This document shows positions 1 through 14,500 of a stretch of 64,000 bases of DNA, piece after piece. The stretch is from Balanoglossus misakiensis (taxonomy: Eukaryota > Animalia > Hemichordata): the NCBI GenBank assembly GCA_040954595.2, contig CM082588.2, positions 918,613 through 982,612 of the forward strand, written 5' to 3'. How positions within the stretch are numbered: position 1 is the first letter of the stretch; each line of letters begins with the position of its first letter. The notes under the pieces are model-generated. The model was not told the origin of the DNA, ran no database searches, and worked only from the letters and a program-made list of their open reading frames with translations. The position numbers were made by a program, and so were the translations under genes.

Positions 1-641
1 GCAAAATATTCCCAAGTTGGAAAAACTCCAACTTTAAACAAATCTAGTTGTAGCTCTGTACAGAGCGTGATAGTAACAAAGAATTGTACAGGATATCTCT
101 GGTCTCTCTGGAGATTGATAATTGTAAAGAGTGTCAGCAGCATAGAACATGTATCTCTCAAGCTGTGTATTTGTGTATAGGATAGCTAATACAGGATAAT
201 TCTAAGGGCTGATGACTATACAGGCCATCTACAGGATACAGGTATCTTGAAAGCCTAAGGATTATGTAATAGTACCACAAGACAACTCTGGAGACTGACA
301 ATTTTATAGGACTATCTCTAGAGCTTGGTGATCTCTGTGGCAACATCTCAGTACTCTTGCCAAATATTTTTACCTGTGACAGTTTATTTCAAGTTATGTA
401 TGGGCAAAGAACAATATTATGCAGGAAGCTGAGTTCTGATGACTTAACTGTGCTGTCATGCGTTACCTGCATGATACAAAACATTTTTTATAATCAAAGG
501 TTTTCCTGTTACTGAAATATTTGATGCAGACAGAATTTCTCCAGTGATAATGGTTCCAATGCTGAAGGACATGGGCATGTGACTTTTTGATGATTACAGG
601 ATATCTTTGCTTGGTAGGATTGGTGTCTTGCCAGCTCTGTC

Positions 642-734
642 TTAACCCTTTCACCCCCAGTTTCCTCAAAAGAGGTCCAATGTTACCATAGAAACCTATG
701 GATTTGGACCAAACCATGGTGGTGAAAGGGTTAA
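642..734. mobile_element. piggyBac-like MITE, copy 1
   Basis: TTAA-CCCTTTCACC...GGTGAAAGGG-TTAA: terminal inverted repeats flanked by TTAA; inverted relative to copies 2 and 3. Confidence 0.8.
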
Positions 735-2379
735 TCAGGCTGATGACGTTACAAGACAGTCGTGATGTCCCGTAACAGTTGGTATAATGTCAATCCTATC
801 CAGTTCTGGTATAATTCTGTATAGATCATATTGCATACCAATAATCCACATCAATATGTAATGAATATTTTAATAATGTACAACAATTTCAGACCAGTCT
901 GTACCTTGATACAGTTCATAATCATATGACTTTCTACTCTGGTCAATTTTCACATATGGATGTGTTTACTTCCATTGTTTGCTCTTATATATTTACTGCA
1001 GCAAAATTTGTTATTTATCATGAGCAAACGGGACAATATCCACTAAGATGACATTATTAAAATAATAAAATTTGACAAGAAATCGAATTATGGTTTGTCC
1101 CTGCTAAGTTACATAATTAGGAACTTTCCATATCATTGTCTGATTTGTATGAAGTGTCAACATAATATATTTCAATGTACATGTATTGACTGGCCAACAG
1201 ACAGTCTCGCTATAAGAAGGGTTGAATAAATCTGTGAGGATTGGCCTTCTGAGGGCACTGCACATTACCCCTCTCCCCCCATTGTAACAAAGTGTTTACC
1301 AGTTGCTGAGAATGGAACCAGATCTTGTTACCACAGTTGACATTACCACTCAACTGAACGGTGACACAGTAATTGGAGGGACTATGCAGTAATTGTCCTG
1401 TTTATCCCATTTTTTAAAAATAAAAAAAACTGAATACAATGTAAATGGAACAAGAAATCAACGATACCGTTCTGTAGCAATGAAGTGACCCTCTCACAAC
1501 TAGGTAATAAATTTTTTTCAAGAAAACTTCGGTTTGAGTGTGTGTCATGAATTTGTCAGAAATGGGACTGTGAGAGGCAGTCCATGATTGACAGAAAAAC
1601 AACAGAAATTAAACCATACCCCCCCCCCCCGAAAAAAAAACCATCCCCCAAAACAGAAACAAAAAGCAAACTTTTAATGACTGTGAAAATCATCCAGACA
1701 CTTTGACAATCATTGCCCTTTTACAATTGAAAAAAGCAACGCGAAAAAGTGATTCTTCACCTAAACGTTTCAGCACAACACAGAACCTGCAAAAACCACA
1801 CCTGTTATACTTATGCAAATAGAAAAATTAACATAACAAAAGCATGGAACCGTTAGTTGCAAATTGACCTGACCTCATTTCAGGTCATCATGCCGTCGTC
1901 GCCGTCATCGTGGGATTTCGTTTGGTTCCAATCCAGTCAATATTTGGACGATTTGTAAGTAAAGGAACGGTCAAATGAGAACTTTTTAAAAGTATCAAGA
2001 AGATGAAGGCTTAGTCATCATATTGCTGGAAATTTTAGTCGCAAAAGAACTGCATTTATCAGAATTTTTACCAGAAGACGTGACGACGGAAGACGTTCAT
2101 TTACCTGGTGTGTTTTGGACATCTTCAGGACACGTGGTATTTGCTGAAGTTGGCTGTCTGTTCAGTTTGGTACCCAAAAGATTTCAAGACAACTTTTGAC
2201 TGTGTTCAATGGTAAGTTAGTTTTATTATACAGTATATGACCCCATGTTTTGCCTCATTTTTGTGGCAGGATACGTCTGTCGAGCCCATCCTTCAAACTC
2301 TATGTCGAGTTTTTTTTATACTGTCTACAGAACCATATTCGTTGGGAAGATTTCCTGGGCCCATTTCAAACAATCTGCC

Positions 2380-2725
2380 TCAGGCAGGTAGGGCAGGGAC
2401 ATTCTTTGCGGCAGCGCGCCATAATTTGAAATGAACATGAAATGGACATCGACGCGCAGTGCAGCGTACGCGTGCGTGTAGATAGCAGACGACGCGACGC
2501 AACGTTTTCGTCGTAAAGAGTAAAATCACAGGCGCTTGAAGTGTTGTTTGGACAAAAGCAATACCTATTTCGGCCCCAGACTATAGGTTCTTGGGCATCT
2601 GCGTGTCAGACAGGGAGGGCACATTCTTTTCGGAAGCCGTATTTTGATATATCCCTCAAAAAAGACGGACGCGTCGTGTAGGATGCGCATTATGGTCACG
2701 TGACCATCTTTAGAGATGCGCTTTT
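2380..2725. promoter_or_regulatory. CpG-rich patch; possible promoter of a neighbouring gene or a repeat interior
   Basis: Dense CG dinucleotides (gacgcgcagtgcagcgtacgcgtgcg), palindromic GGTCACGTGACC E-box at 2695-2706, CGCCAT YY1-like core. Confidence 0.35.
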
Positions 2726-2874
2726 TCCTTGGAAGTTTTGTAACTCACTGTACTATGTTGAAATGATGTCCAGTATAGGTTTCCCGATTATACAACAGGG
2801 TTAGGTTTACACATTTTGGTTTCACGTTTTAATTTTGTCATTAATGATACAAGACAAATATATTTTTCACTTGT

Positions 2875-2880
2875 TTTATT
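2875..2880 (-). terminator. Probable BIG3 polyadenylation signal AATAAA
   Basis: TTTATT on plus strand ~1.1 kb past the stop, at the end of an AT-rich UTR-like tract. Confidence 0.45.
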
Positions 2881-4019
2881 GAAATAATTTAGTTTCACAG
2901 GTAGAGATCACCAACTCTAAATTGATACATTCTTCAAGTTTGCTATGTCAGCCTGGCAGAAAAATATAATTGCTAAAGTTCATACAGTAATACAAGGTGG
3001 CTGATCAGATCATCAAGGCCACAAAAACAAGAAAGCATTTCTACAACAATTATTAAGCAACGTTTTTAGTTATCAAACCCAAAATGTTCAATCTCCAAGT
3101 CATGAAACCTGTGAAAAGAAAATTCTACAAATATTCTAATCCCAGAGTCAGAAACAATAAATATTCTAATATTGTACCGTCAATTCTGTACTTTGTTTCA
3201 AGTTAAATGGAGCACTTTGAATAAATTAATTTCTCATGATTTGGGAAGTTACAGACTAATACCAAAATATACACACAATGTTCAAAAATCAAGCAACCTC
3301 CTAGAGAAAAATAAATCAGTATGCAAAAGCAATCTGATTCCAGTTTTCAGTCACAACACAAGTTTCTATTGCACATGAAAGAAAATTTGACATTTTTAGC
3401 CATGTTGTTGTCATAGTGATTTACAAGAAGTATTTAACTGAGCCACATTGGTCACAGAACTATTGTTACATAATTATAGAAAGTTGAAAGTTAAAACACA
3501 TACAATCAGTGCATTAACACAAGCACATAATAATATTTCCTAAACAAAAATTGAAATAGTTTAAAGACTTTAAATACCAAAACTTCTGTATGTACCAAGA
3601 CTTCAAACAGTCAATTCTGTAGAAGTTATCAGACCCTGTTAAATTCGACCTATGAAATGTCAGTAAACTTTATAGAGTTTGAGGAAAGTACTTCAATATC
3701 TCCGAACTTGTTTATTGAATAGTCTAAAGATAAATACATGTAGTAATAAGTTACTTTGAAACAAAAATAAACTGTGCAGTTCATCTAGAAATACAAGTGG
3801 AAGCAAAGGTATTTTCTGTAACAAGATGATTTGAAAAAATGACTCAGCATTTAGAGTACTTCATTGTGCTCAATGGTACTGTTTTACTTGGAGTTTGATG
3901 TGTTGTAATTGCTACTTTTGGGTATAGCGCCCTTATAAGATAGGGTGCAATCAATCCTCGCTTTGTGTATCGCACAATTTGTGTTACAGTGCCCTATGGG
4001 TAAATTCCCTAAGCACTAT

Positions 4020-5526
4020 CTAACACAGAATTCCATGGATTCTGGCTACCCGATCCATATACTCCATGATTGATTGCCTTACCATGTCGTCTTGTACATG
4101 GCACACTAATTGATTGACAGCTGGGAATGTCGCTGGCAACAGGCAACGGAACTGGTTGTCTGGAAGCAGCTGAAACAACTCTAACATGGACAATGTCATA
4201 TCAGTCCATGCCTTCATATGTGCTTCACAGTCCCTCATTGTTGCACTTTGTTGTTGTTTATGAATCTCTTGTTGTCGCTTTTGATCTTCGGGTGTTGTTG
4301 TTGACTTCTGTTTTTTCATTTGCTGTAAGGCCACTTTCTGTTCTTTGAACGTTGGTTTCTTCACAAACGTCGACCGTGAGTGGTGAACTTTTCGCTTCTT
4401 GTACTCCTGCATCAAACTTTTGATGGTTTTATTTGTGGCCACGGAATACAATTTTCCTTCTTCCCGGCTGTTCTTCTTTTCCAGTTTTCTTTCGGCTTTC
4501 TTGATATTGAAAGCTGCTTCCAATCTGCTGGTGTCCTCCATTTTGATCTTGGGAGACCACTGAACTGCATTTTTACTTTTGGCATCAGTGCTGTCCTCCA
4601 GATCATGACTGGGTTGTTTGTCCAACGGGGGAAAACTAAAGAGCCTCTTCCCCTTATGGACCGACTCATCAGGACTCATGGGTGCCACCAACAAGAACAA
4701 CGGCTGCTCAGCAATTCGTTCTGTGTCAATAACATCCTCACTCTGATCCAAATGCAACTGAACATAGTTGAAACAAACATCACAACAGACGCCTAGCAAC
4801 CGCTTGACAACCCACATCAGCTGATCACCGTTCTCATCAGGATGGAAACTTAACTCTGTCAGTTGAACAGAGAGCGAACCTAAATGATCAGCACCGACCC
4901 TCTTTCCTCTGCTGTCTGTACTGAATGCACTGCTAACTGAAACACTTCTTAATTTCTCCCCTTCCGCACTTTCACTTTCTTCCTTTCCAACAACCTCATC
5001 AGATTCTACCTCAACCTGACTATCTCCCTTTTCATTAAACTCGCGACTCTCTTCAGCTTTCATCACGGACATCAAACTTTCTTTCACTCTATCCAACACT
5101 AGACTATCCTCTTTTGCATGGTGGCAAATCTCTAACAAAGTGTGGAGATAAAATGTGAAACTCAAAGCTGTCTGTCTGTACAGATTCACAGCCACGTCTA
5201 ACCTTGCAACTTTCTGAAGAAGAAACTTCAAACCTGGTCTGGTGTCAAAATCACAAGCTGTCTTATAAGACTCAATAAAACAATCTAGCAAAAGAGAAAG
5301 ATTCCGTGACGACAGATATGAGAGTAACCCTGGTAACAGTGTCTGCGTGCCGTCGATGGAGCTCACAGATTCTTGTCGTTGTAAGTTGGACTGCACGGCC
5401 GTATTGGAGATGATGTCTTTCTCTGATGTCATCTTGTGCTCAGCACCGTAGAGTAACACTGTGCCAAGTGTCTGCATCAGAATCTGATTGGCCATCAATC
5501 CAACGACGACACTGCGGAATGGTATT
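4020..5526 (-). CDS. ARFGEF3: BIG3 terminal coding exon
   Basis: Long ORF after ttttcag acceptor: IPFRSVVVGLMANQILMQTL...VARIHGILC stop. Confidence 0.92.
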
Positions 5527-8500
5527 CTGAAAATAACAAGTGTGAAGTTTGCTTTCATATAAAACCATAGTTTGTCAGTCCTCTAAACTAATATCTTACA
5601 GAGAACAATAATATGTACAGGGCTTCCCTGATAGTGTCTGACTACCGGTGGTACATATCTTTGAGGTCAATATTAACTCTTACCCACCTGGTTTTAATGA
5701 GGTCAATATTAACTGTTGTATCAGCATCAGGAGGGTAAACAATAAATATGAAAGACCTGTTGTCATCACTGTCGTCTGGTTCAACTGAAGTGAATTGTGA
5801 ATCTAACAGAAACACCTGAAAGACAATCACATCAGGTTGCATGATTAGATAATAATTCACCCAGATTTAATCCAGACTTTGGTTCAAATTGATGTGAACG
5901 AATATCACAAAATCATAGTCTGCAAACACAAAAATTCATCTTTTGATCTCCCACTTTTCACATTGAATCCCTCACATACCTGCTGAGCAATTTGTCTCAG
6001 TCTCTCGGATTCCATTTCCGAGCAATCCCGTCTCGCCGCCACTTTGACTTGTCCGACATCACCAGTGAAATCATCCGAGCCCGGATGAAAACTTGTCATC
6101 AAAAGCTGAACGGAATAAAGACTGACGGATACAGCTTGCTGCATGCTCTTACATGCTATAGTCCACATGTCATCCGTGAATATCGGGCCAGCTCTCAGAA
6201 GTACATGTCTGAAGAAGAACAAAGTAAGAACGTCAAGCATACTAGGCTGATGTTTTCCCTGAGCTCACCAATGTAGAAGTCTAACAGTGAAGCCATGGCT
6301 GGAACATACATGTACAACCATGTCTAACGAATGATCCAATCAACTCACCTGATACATGAACATCCAAGTCTAGAAATTGATTCCATTGGCTGACCAATGC
6401 ACTCGATCAGCAAATCAAACAACTGTTTAATCATTCGATGAACTCCGGTAATATTGATGTCACTGGTTACGAAGTAGATCAAATGATCAACAACCAGCTC
6501 AGCTGATAGGCCACAAGCATGTTTGAAATTAGCCAATGATGTGTCCCAGTAACTGGTTCGTGTACTTCTATGCACCCATGATACCAGCATCGGTAATAGC
6601 AGATTGGTCACCGCAAAAACTGCAAATTGAGGTCCTGTCAAAAATACATAGCAATACATGTAGTAATGCAGGGAATATATACAGACGTTATGCAAGCTAT
6701 CAGAACAAGAATGCGATTTGTAGAGAAGGTAAAAAAGTGAATGAGACTCACCTGGAATAGATGCAATGTACCGTAGCAGATCAAATAACAATTCCAGAGT
6801 CTGTGGTTGATAATTGCGAGGACACATGGAGACTGCACCAGTCAAACCCTCCAATAAGAGAAACCAAACCTTGATGATACCAGTCTCGTCATCCATATCA
6901 TCGATGGAGACAGGAGCCATTAACTCTGTTGAATCCTGGGCTTTTAATTTCAAACCGTGTACTGTCGACGTCACACTGCTGGAGAATTCTCTGATTGGTG
7001 AATCCAGGTCAGCTGACAGCATGGCTGTGTTTAATTGGATAGACTGGGAGCCATGGAACATTGGACATGCTGGCATGGTGTAGATGGAGGCTAGGATCTT
7101 GTGACAACGATGAAGGTAGTCTAGAGCTGGAAGACACAGATCCAATGCTTGCAATGGAAGCGAGCGTTCTGATGCCGCTGTTGAACTGCTATCACTGCGA
7201 CCATCTTCATCATCTTCCGTGATAAGTTCACATTCACCTGTCACAAAGAAACCTACATTAATTGACAGAAAATTTTGAAATCCCTTTGCTATAGTGAGAA
7301 CATTCTAGCAAGCATTTCCAGCGAGAATAGCTACATTCTCTTGGCCTCTCATACACACTGACACAAACAACCGAAAGTTTGCCATTCTCCATCCCACTCA
7401 CCTGGGCCTCGTACAAACTTGAGAAGACAAAGTATACAGTCAACTGCAGCATTAGCAAAGACAAAGACATTATCTGTGTTCAAGAAGGCTTCAAACACAT
7501 CAAAGACTGGTGCTGTATGGTGTTGGATCCTATCATCATCTGCGATTCGTTGTTTGTGAACTTTGACCGCTCTCAGCGCTCCAAAGAGAGGTCTCCATCC
7601 TGATTTGATGTTGCTGGCTGAGGCTTCCACTAACTCACAGATTGACGATACAACCTGCATGTCAAACGCAGACAGAAATAGTTGATGAATCGTCTGGTGT
7701 ATCAGACAATATCTCGGTCTTTGTGGCATCAATGATCACATGATCACTGTCTGGCATCACATGATAAGTCTATCACATGAACACCAGTTAGCAGTCTCAC
7801 CTGATCTTGCACGTCATCATCACAGAGCTCCAAACACAACATGCTTTCAAACGGTTTAAATAAAGACTCGTGGAAGTTGAAGTGTGGCAATTCTGTCTTT
7901 CTGGAGAGTAATTCTGTCAAGACATCATGAATTGCCGTCACTGCTTTCTTGGAGACCTGTCTTTCCTTGTGACATGCAGCCTGTCATGAATAAAAAAAGT
8001 CAAGAAGTGAAAAACAGGTGTACACATGATAGAACTACAAAGATGATGGACCAAGAAAAAATCTTGCATATTGCAAGACATTTCTTTGTATAATGAACTC
8101 GAATAATCTGCTCAATTGCCATTTTACAGAGGTTATCTTTGTAACATTGACATAAAATTGTTTGATTGATAAAGCTGTTCATACCTCAACAAGATGTGGG
8201 GCAACCACACCCCAAACTTGCATGATATGTAGAAGTGGCCTACTGTCATCGCGTACACACTTCAACATGACATCAGCAACTCTGTAGAGATGCAGTGATG
8301 TCACATTGCTGAGTTTCCCAGCCGTGGAGATCGATTTGCTAGGCATTGTGGGATTGGTCATGGTGATGTCTGGAGAGCAGGGACTGTTTTCAAACAGTTG
8401 AGTCTGTGATGCTCTGCAGAGGTGTCGTAGAAAACTGACAAGGGCTTGTAGATTCAGGTTGCTTGCTGCTTCTTCAAACAACCTGAAAGTAAAGTTAGAG

Positions 8501-11500
8501 CATTCGGTGATGTACATGTATTTGTAAATGGTTGATTTCCTGATCAACCGCATCTGAAGAAATTAACACTACGATTGTGTTCGTCAATACTGACATATAT
8601 GGTGACACACCCCTGAACACACCATGTGATACATACCTATCCACATCAGAAGACAATCCATAGACAGCCTTAGCAGCATTAGCCACACTAAGCACCCCTC
8701 CCCTCGTCAACGTCACATCAAAGCCCATCTCTTCACTGTTCTGTTTGATAATCTCATGAATGTTAATCGCTTGTTGTATTGGGGTGGATACTGGCTGTGT
8801 ATACGCACTCATCATGTCGAGGTCGTTGTTGTCATACATGGGTTGGCTGTCTGCCTGTTGTTCTTGAACTCTGGTGATGCTGACGCTGTGCTGTGTGTTT
8901 CCACTGCTGAAGTGAGAATGTTCCAGCTGCGACACATAGGCACAACATCTGGAAACAAACACAGGAATTATCAGCATGACTATTTCAATAGTTTGTTTTT
9001 CAAACTTAGAGGGAACAATGGAATAGTCCGTTCGAGTCAAATCGGTCTCTTCAAATTGTCAACATACCTGAATACATGCGTCCAGCTTTCAGGAGAATGG
9101 CTTCCAATCTCCAACCCCATATTTAACAAGGCATCCATACTCAGTATATGTGATGTATGTAGTCTGACTCCAGTCCTGTTGGCTGTGGCTATACGACTCC
9201 TTAAAGATTGTTTCTTAGGGTCTGTGTGTTGTACTGTGGGGTCAGCATAGACACATGATGCATTGGCCAGTTGGGTTAATACCGTGGCACAACGATCTTG
9301 AACACCTGTTTAATCGACCAATCAAAAAGAAAGAAAGTTACAATTGGCAAATAGGTTAGCTTCAGTTGATCAATCAAAAGCAAGATAATATGACACTAAA
9401 GCACTGACTGATTTCTACACAAAGCAAAACTCATTAGAAACAACATACCTAGGGTGCAACTTAGTCTCGCTGCCTTCCTAAGTCCATCCAAACTCATCAT
9501 GATGGCATCCCTATCTCTGCTGTTTTGTTCTTTGGAACCCTCCGTTCCAAGCAGAAATGCAATGCTACCCACAACTGTGATGTTCTTGGTTGCCAGGGGA
9601 ACGGACAAGACTTCCAGAACTTGTTCCCAAATTGTGACCAGTGTCACTTTAGCAAACTTGATACCTGTCAAGGGAAAAGAAAATTTCAGACTTTGAATGC
9701 TGACTTATATATTGAGAGCCATGATCTAGAACGGTAATGTCCAGGGGTATAACTCAGAACTCCGTCCATGGCAGACAAACATGGTACATGACCCTGCAAA
9801 TATCTTACCAGCTTCAACACTATCTTCCTGTTCTTCACCGTTTCTGCTCGGTGCCAGAGAAGTGTGTGATGTGGCATTGTGTAACATCTGGCCTCCAATA
9901 TTTCTGTTCCCAAGCCCGTCAATATCTGCAATCAGTTGATACAAAATACTGTTACAGTTTCTGACACACTTCTCCAAATAGTATATTCATCTTCGTTTCT
10001 CGTCAACTTTTTGCCAGTTTCACATTTTTATAAACAGTGCAAGTACACCATATTTACCTGTAAGTAATGTAATCAGTGCGTTGTTACATTCCAATGATTT
10101 GTGACAACAGCCAGCTTCTCCAAGGAGATCCCTGACAACCACTTGATTGTAAAGTTCTGTCAGCCATGTTGACGATAAGTACACAAGAAAAACTCCATCA
10201 TGTATTCGGTTTATAAATTCATTCTGTCAAGAAAAATAATTCAAACTGGTATCAGTATCTTGTATTTTTAAATGTCAAGCCATAAACTTGTGAAGAATAT
10301 AAAATTTGTTTGGCGCATCTCACCTCTGACACAGGTACTGTGGTAGCTTGCTGATAGTGTCCCAACTTGGCAAGTTTTAAACTGAGTAGCAATGCAGAGT
10401 AAGTAGCCACATAGATACCATCCGCATTCAATATTGGCATAGTCGCTTGTTTGACAGGGGAACCAGCATTGCTGTCATTTCCACCATCAATGGCCGCCTT
10501 CCTTCTTTTGGCTTCCACTGCTGTAATGTCAATTATAAAATATTGCAAACATTTTATTTGGTGTCAATACAAGATTTACAATATTTGTTCATAATGAAAC
10601 TCTATGAGGCCATTCAAGATTCCTCCTCCATCACCAAGGTTTAATTCTATTCCAAATAACACCTTGCAGGCAAACATAACACCCTGATGACCCATATAAC
10701 ACCTTCATGGTCCACATAACACCCTGGTTGTCTGAGTAACCCATAAATGAAGGGTACTTTCTAATTTCAAAACCTACCACCACTGTAATCCAACACCGAT
10801 GAATCATCCTTTTAAAATATATTTTACTGATGAACTGATAACACCCTTATTCATGAAACTCCCAGTGAGTGATACTTGCACTTTTAAACCAAATAACACC
10901 CTACTTATCATGCAATTACCTATCACAATCTCCACCTGATTGTAGAAATGTACTCACTCATTGCAATAAGGCCAGAAATAAAAGAAAACACATACAATGT
11001 TAAATTCTTGACACGACAACATATTCAACTGCACGTACAGTACATGTATGACACTTTCAGACAGCCTAAATATGGAGAGCTATCTGCAGGATTGAATTGG
11101 CCTGTCAGAAGGCCTTATCTCCTGAAAATCTTGAAAGTAACCTCATGAAATGGTTTAATGCAGCTCCTTATTCTAGACAAAAAGAGAAACAGTTGTAAAC
11201 ATGGGTATGCCAGTCTCACCTGAACAAAACCTGGCAGCAAATTTGAGAATTGCTTCGTCTACTTCATTTGCATCTGCGAGAGAAATTAACGACGGCAACA
11301 GATTTATCAACTGTGCGATAAAATCCCTGGCTCCTTCCTTCTCTGCTTCAGCGTTCATCTTTGCGATTTTCTCCAGTTCCTCTCGTCTTTTCTGTCGTTG
11401 TTTCTCCATCTCTGCCTCTGCTGAGATCTGTTTCCTTCTGATTTCTTCATCCATTCTTTTCTGCTGTTCCAAAACCGTCTTGTCGTTTTCTTGTTTTTCT

Positions 11501-14500
11501 CCTGAAGACGTCTCCTGCTGGGTGATCTGCTGTGTTTCAATGGCCTGTTTTTCCCTTCCATACTTTTCTTTTGTTGCTCCAACCTTTGTTGTGCAACTTT
11601 CCACCACACACGGCTCAGCCAAAGTCTCAATCGCTTCATCCTCCAACGGTTTGATGTCGCACAGTTCTTTCCCTGTCACATCAGTTTGAGTAGTCATCAC
11701 ATGGTCACTGGGTTCAACACTTTCTGCATTTCCATCTCCATTAACTTCAGGACCTTCAACGTCTTCCACTGAAACAGATATTTCAGGGTCTCCATTGATG
11801 ACATCATCATGACTGACCACATTCTTGGTGACATCATCAGAAGCTGTTGTCTTCTCACTGTTCCCAACTTCATTCGCTGTTGCTTCTATGTCAATACCGT
11901 TTTTCAAAACTGGTGTTGGGTCTTCTGGCTTTTCTGCATTGTCTGGTTGATTCACAACTATAAAAAATGAAAAAAGTACAAACAAGATATAAAAACGATG
12001 GTTTGTGTTACAATACAGCAAAGCAAGCAAATAGAATAATCCCATTTTAACATATGTACCTTGGACTGGTCTTGTTTCTTGAAGGTCGAGTGATTCCAAA
12101 TGTTTGTTAATTTCCATGATATGCAAGTCAGTTAGTGCTTTGCCTTCACTGATTGCTTCCAATGAATCTAACAAGGCAGCAATACATGCTACACTCGTGT
12201 GACACACTGTACTTTCGTTGCTATGAGATGATTCCACAATACCATCCAGTAACCTGTGATACCAATCAAATAAACATCAAATTAGTAATGCCATCAGATA
12301 ATCTGTGATGTCAAACAATTTTCGAGCAGTACTGCTCTAGAATATCAAATCTGCTTCTTTGATTCTGTACTTACAATTTGAGAAGATCCAAGTGTGAAGA
12401 TCTGTTGGTTTCACAACTTTTCAGTGATTTCGTATCATACAATGGAGGTCCAGCCATGTCCAGAACTCGCTGTGGGTTACAAAGGACCTAGGGAACAAGA
12501 GAGAGAGAGAGAGTTACAGTTAGTGACATACTAAAATCTACAAAAATCAGAATCAGGACTTGGACTATATGTATATACAACCATGAATCATGACTACACA
12601 GTAGACTAGGTGGTGATGAATCATTTTGAATTTTAATCGATTACCTCTTTGACTGCCTTTAAAGCCTCGTATCGATGTTGTGGTGGTGGATAAAGTAAGA
12701 AACGATGAAACAATGATGCCAAAACGGGTCGCAGTGATCCAACGCTTCCAACCAATCGTAGCAATTCTACACCAATCGCATAAATACTCTTGGCCGCCGA
12801 ATGAACTACTGTAGGTGCTGTCGCCGAGCAACCAGAACCACGCCCATGGTCTGATACACTGCGGAATGCATCGTTGTCAATGCCACCAACATTGTGCGAG
12901 GAGGTGATCGACTTTTCATTCTTGGGGTTTCCCAATATGGAAATCAATGTTGGACAAAGTTGCTGCCTGTAAAATGCAAACAATTGTAAAGAATTAGTCC
13001 AAAGAAAACAAGTTTGTTTTGATTATTTTTGGTATGGTTCTGGTCAAATCCTTCTTCGAAACCAACAGTATCATATTTCTGACTCAAAACTCACCAAATA
13101 AGTTGAATAAATTTGTCATTGGTTCGTAGATCAGTGGAAGAACTGTTGAGGATTGATAATACACATTCCAAGTAGAGAACCATAAGTTGCTGACTCTGAG
13201 GGCCTGTCCATCTGTAAAATGAAATATTTAAAAAACATCAGATGATGATGATGATGTTGACAGACCATTAACATAACATTAACATATCATCCATCTTGGA
13301 TGTCGCATGAAACTGTTAGTAGAAAACTAAACATCAAAACACAACAGCTGGTGAATTCATGTTTTAGTAAGCGAAATAGAGAAAAGAGCCTTGTGTTTTT
13401 CTAACACAGAGAGAGAATCAAAATTAGGAAATGAAAGAAAGAATCAATCACATGAATAGGCCATGAAAACGAGATCTGGGTTTAATTTCGTTCATCAATT
13501 TCACTTTGTTCAGATTCTGTTGTGGGTAATTTTCATGAATCATGATTTTTAGTTTGTTAAAGCGTTTTGTGGGCCGATCACACAGCTGTTACGGCTGTAT
13601 GAACAATGCTTGTTTCCATGACATCAATCATAACAGCTGTCAGGAAAAATTACCATCAGGGAGTTATTTGTGTTGGTAAAATTCACAAACTAGTGCAGGC
13701 TTGAACATGTGATCGTGACAATACAGGAAGCATACGTTTGAAATGAGAAAGAAATTGAAAGATTTATTAGTTGTTGATGCCAGGCAGAGTGGTTCTTAAC
13801 ACATGCAAGAAAAGAAGCCTGTTAATGAGAATTTTGCATTATTCCAGCAAAATAATGTGAAACCTGTCTCAACCAGAACACAACTGAAGTCAGATTATGT
13901 TTGCTGTTTCATAAACCTTTGCGAAAGAAGTGATACAAGGCAATACTTCATTCAAATAAAACAGTAAAAAAAGAGCAATACGCAAATGAAAATGTTCAAT
14001 GGCCATCACCATGGTGACAATAATATTATACTTTGTCTGTAACAATTTATATACCTTTCTGATACAGTTCTTATTAAGGAATCTGACGGTAACCGACAAA
14101 AAATCTCTTCAAACTTGTCAATATCACTGTAGGACAGAAACAACATTTGTACAAACAAACCAATCATGACTTGATGAACTTCTATAAACCAGGGACTAAA
14201 ATTAACCATCATTTTAAGAGTCTATCCCAAAACCACCCAGTTCTAATCAATTGAAATACACTTGTCTACACTTGTAAGTGGTAGTGTACCAGAACCAGTC
14301 ATGTTGAATCATGCAATTTCAAACAAACAAAGCTTAGTGCCCTATGACTGAACAGCAAATTCACCATTCAATAAATCATCACCAATAGCAATATATGTAT
14401 ATATTTACCTGTGGGAGTTTTCTAACTTTTTACAGAAATGTTCCAACACTTTCACTACATCATCACAGAGTGCCTCTGTTGGACCTGAACTTTGACCTTG

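Noticed and set aside
10778-10935. Two AG..GT-bounded micro-exon candidates in a BIG3 intron (10778-10808, 31 nt; 10920-10935, 16 nt)
   Set aside because: Neither alone nor together preserves the phase-1 frame of the flanking exons
4127-11689. Plus-strand ORFs antisense to BIG3 exons (e.g. 4380-4796, 8756-9250, 11201-11689)
   Set aside because: Shadow ORFs of the coding strand with no protein-like motifs
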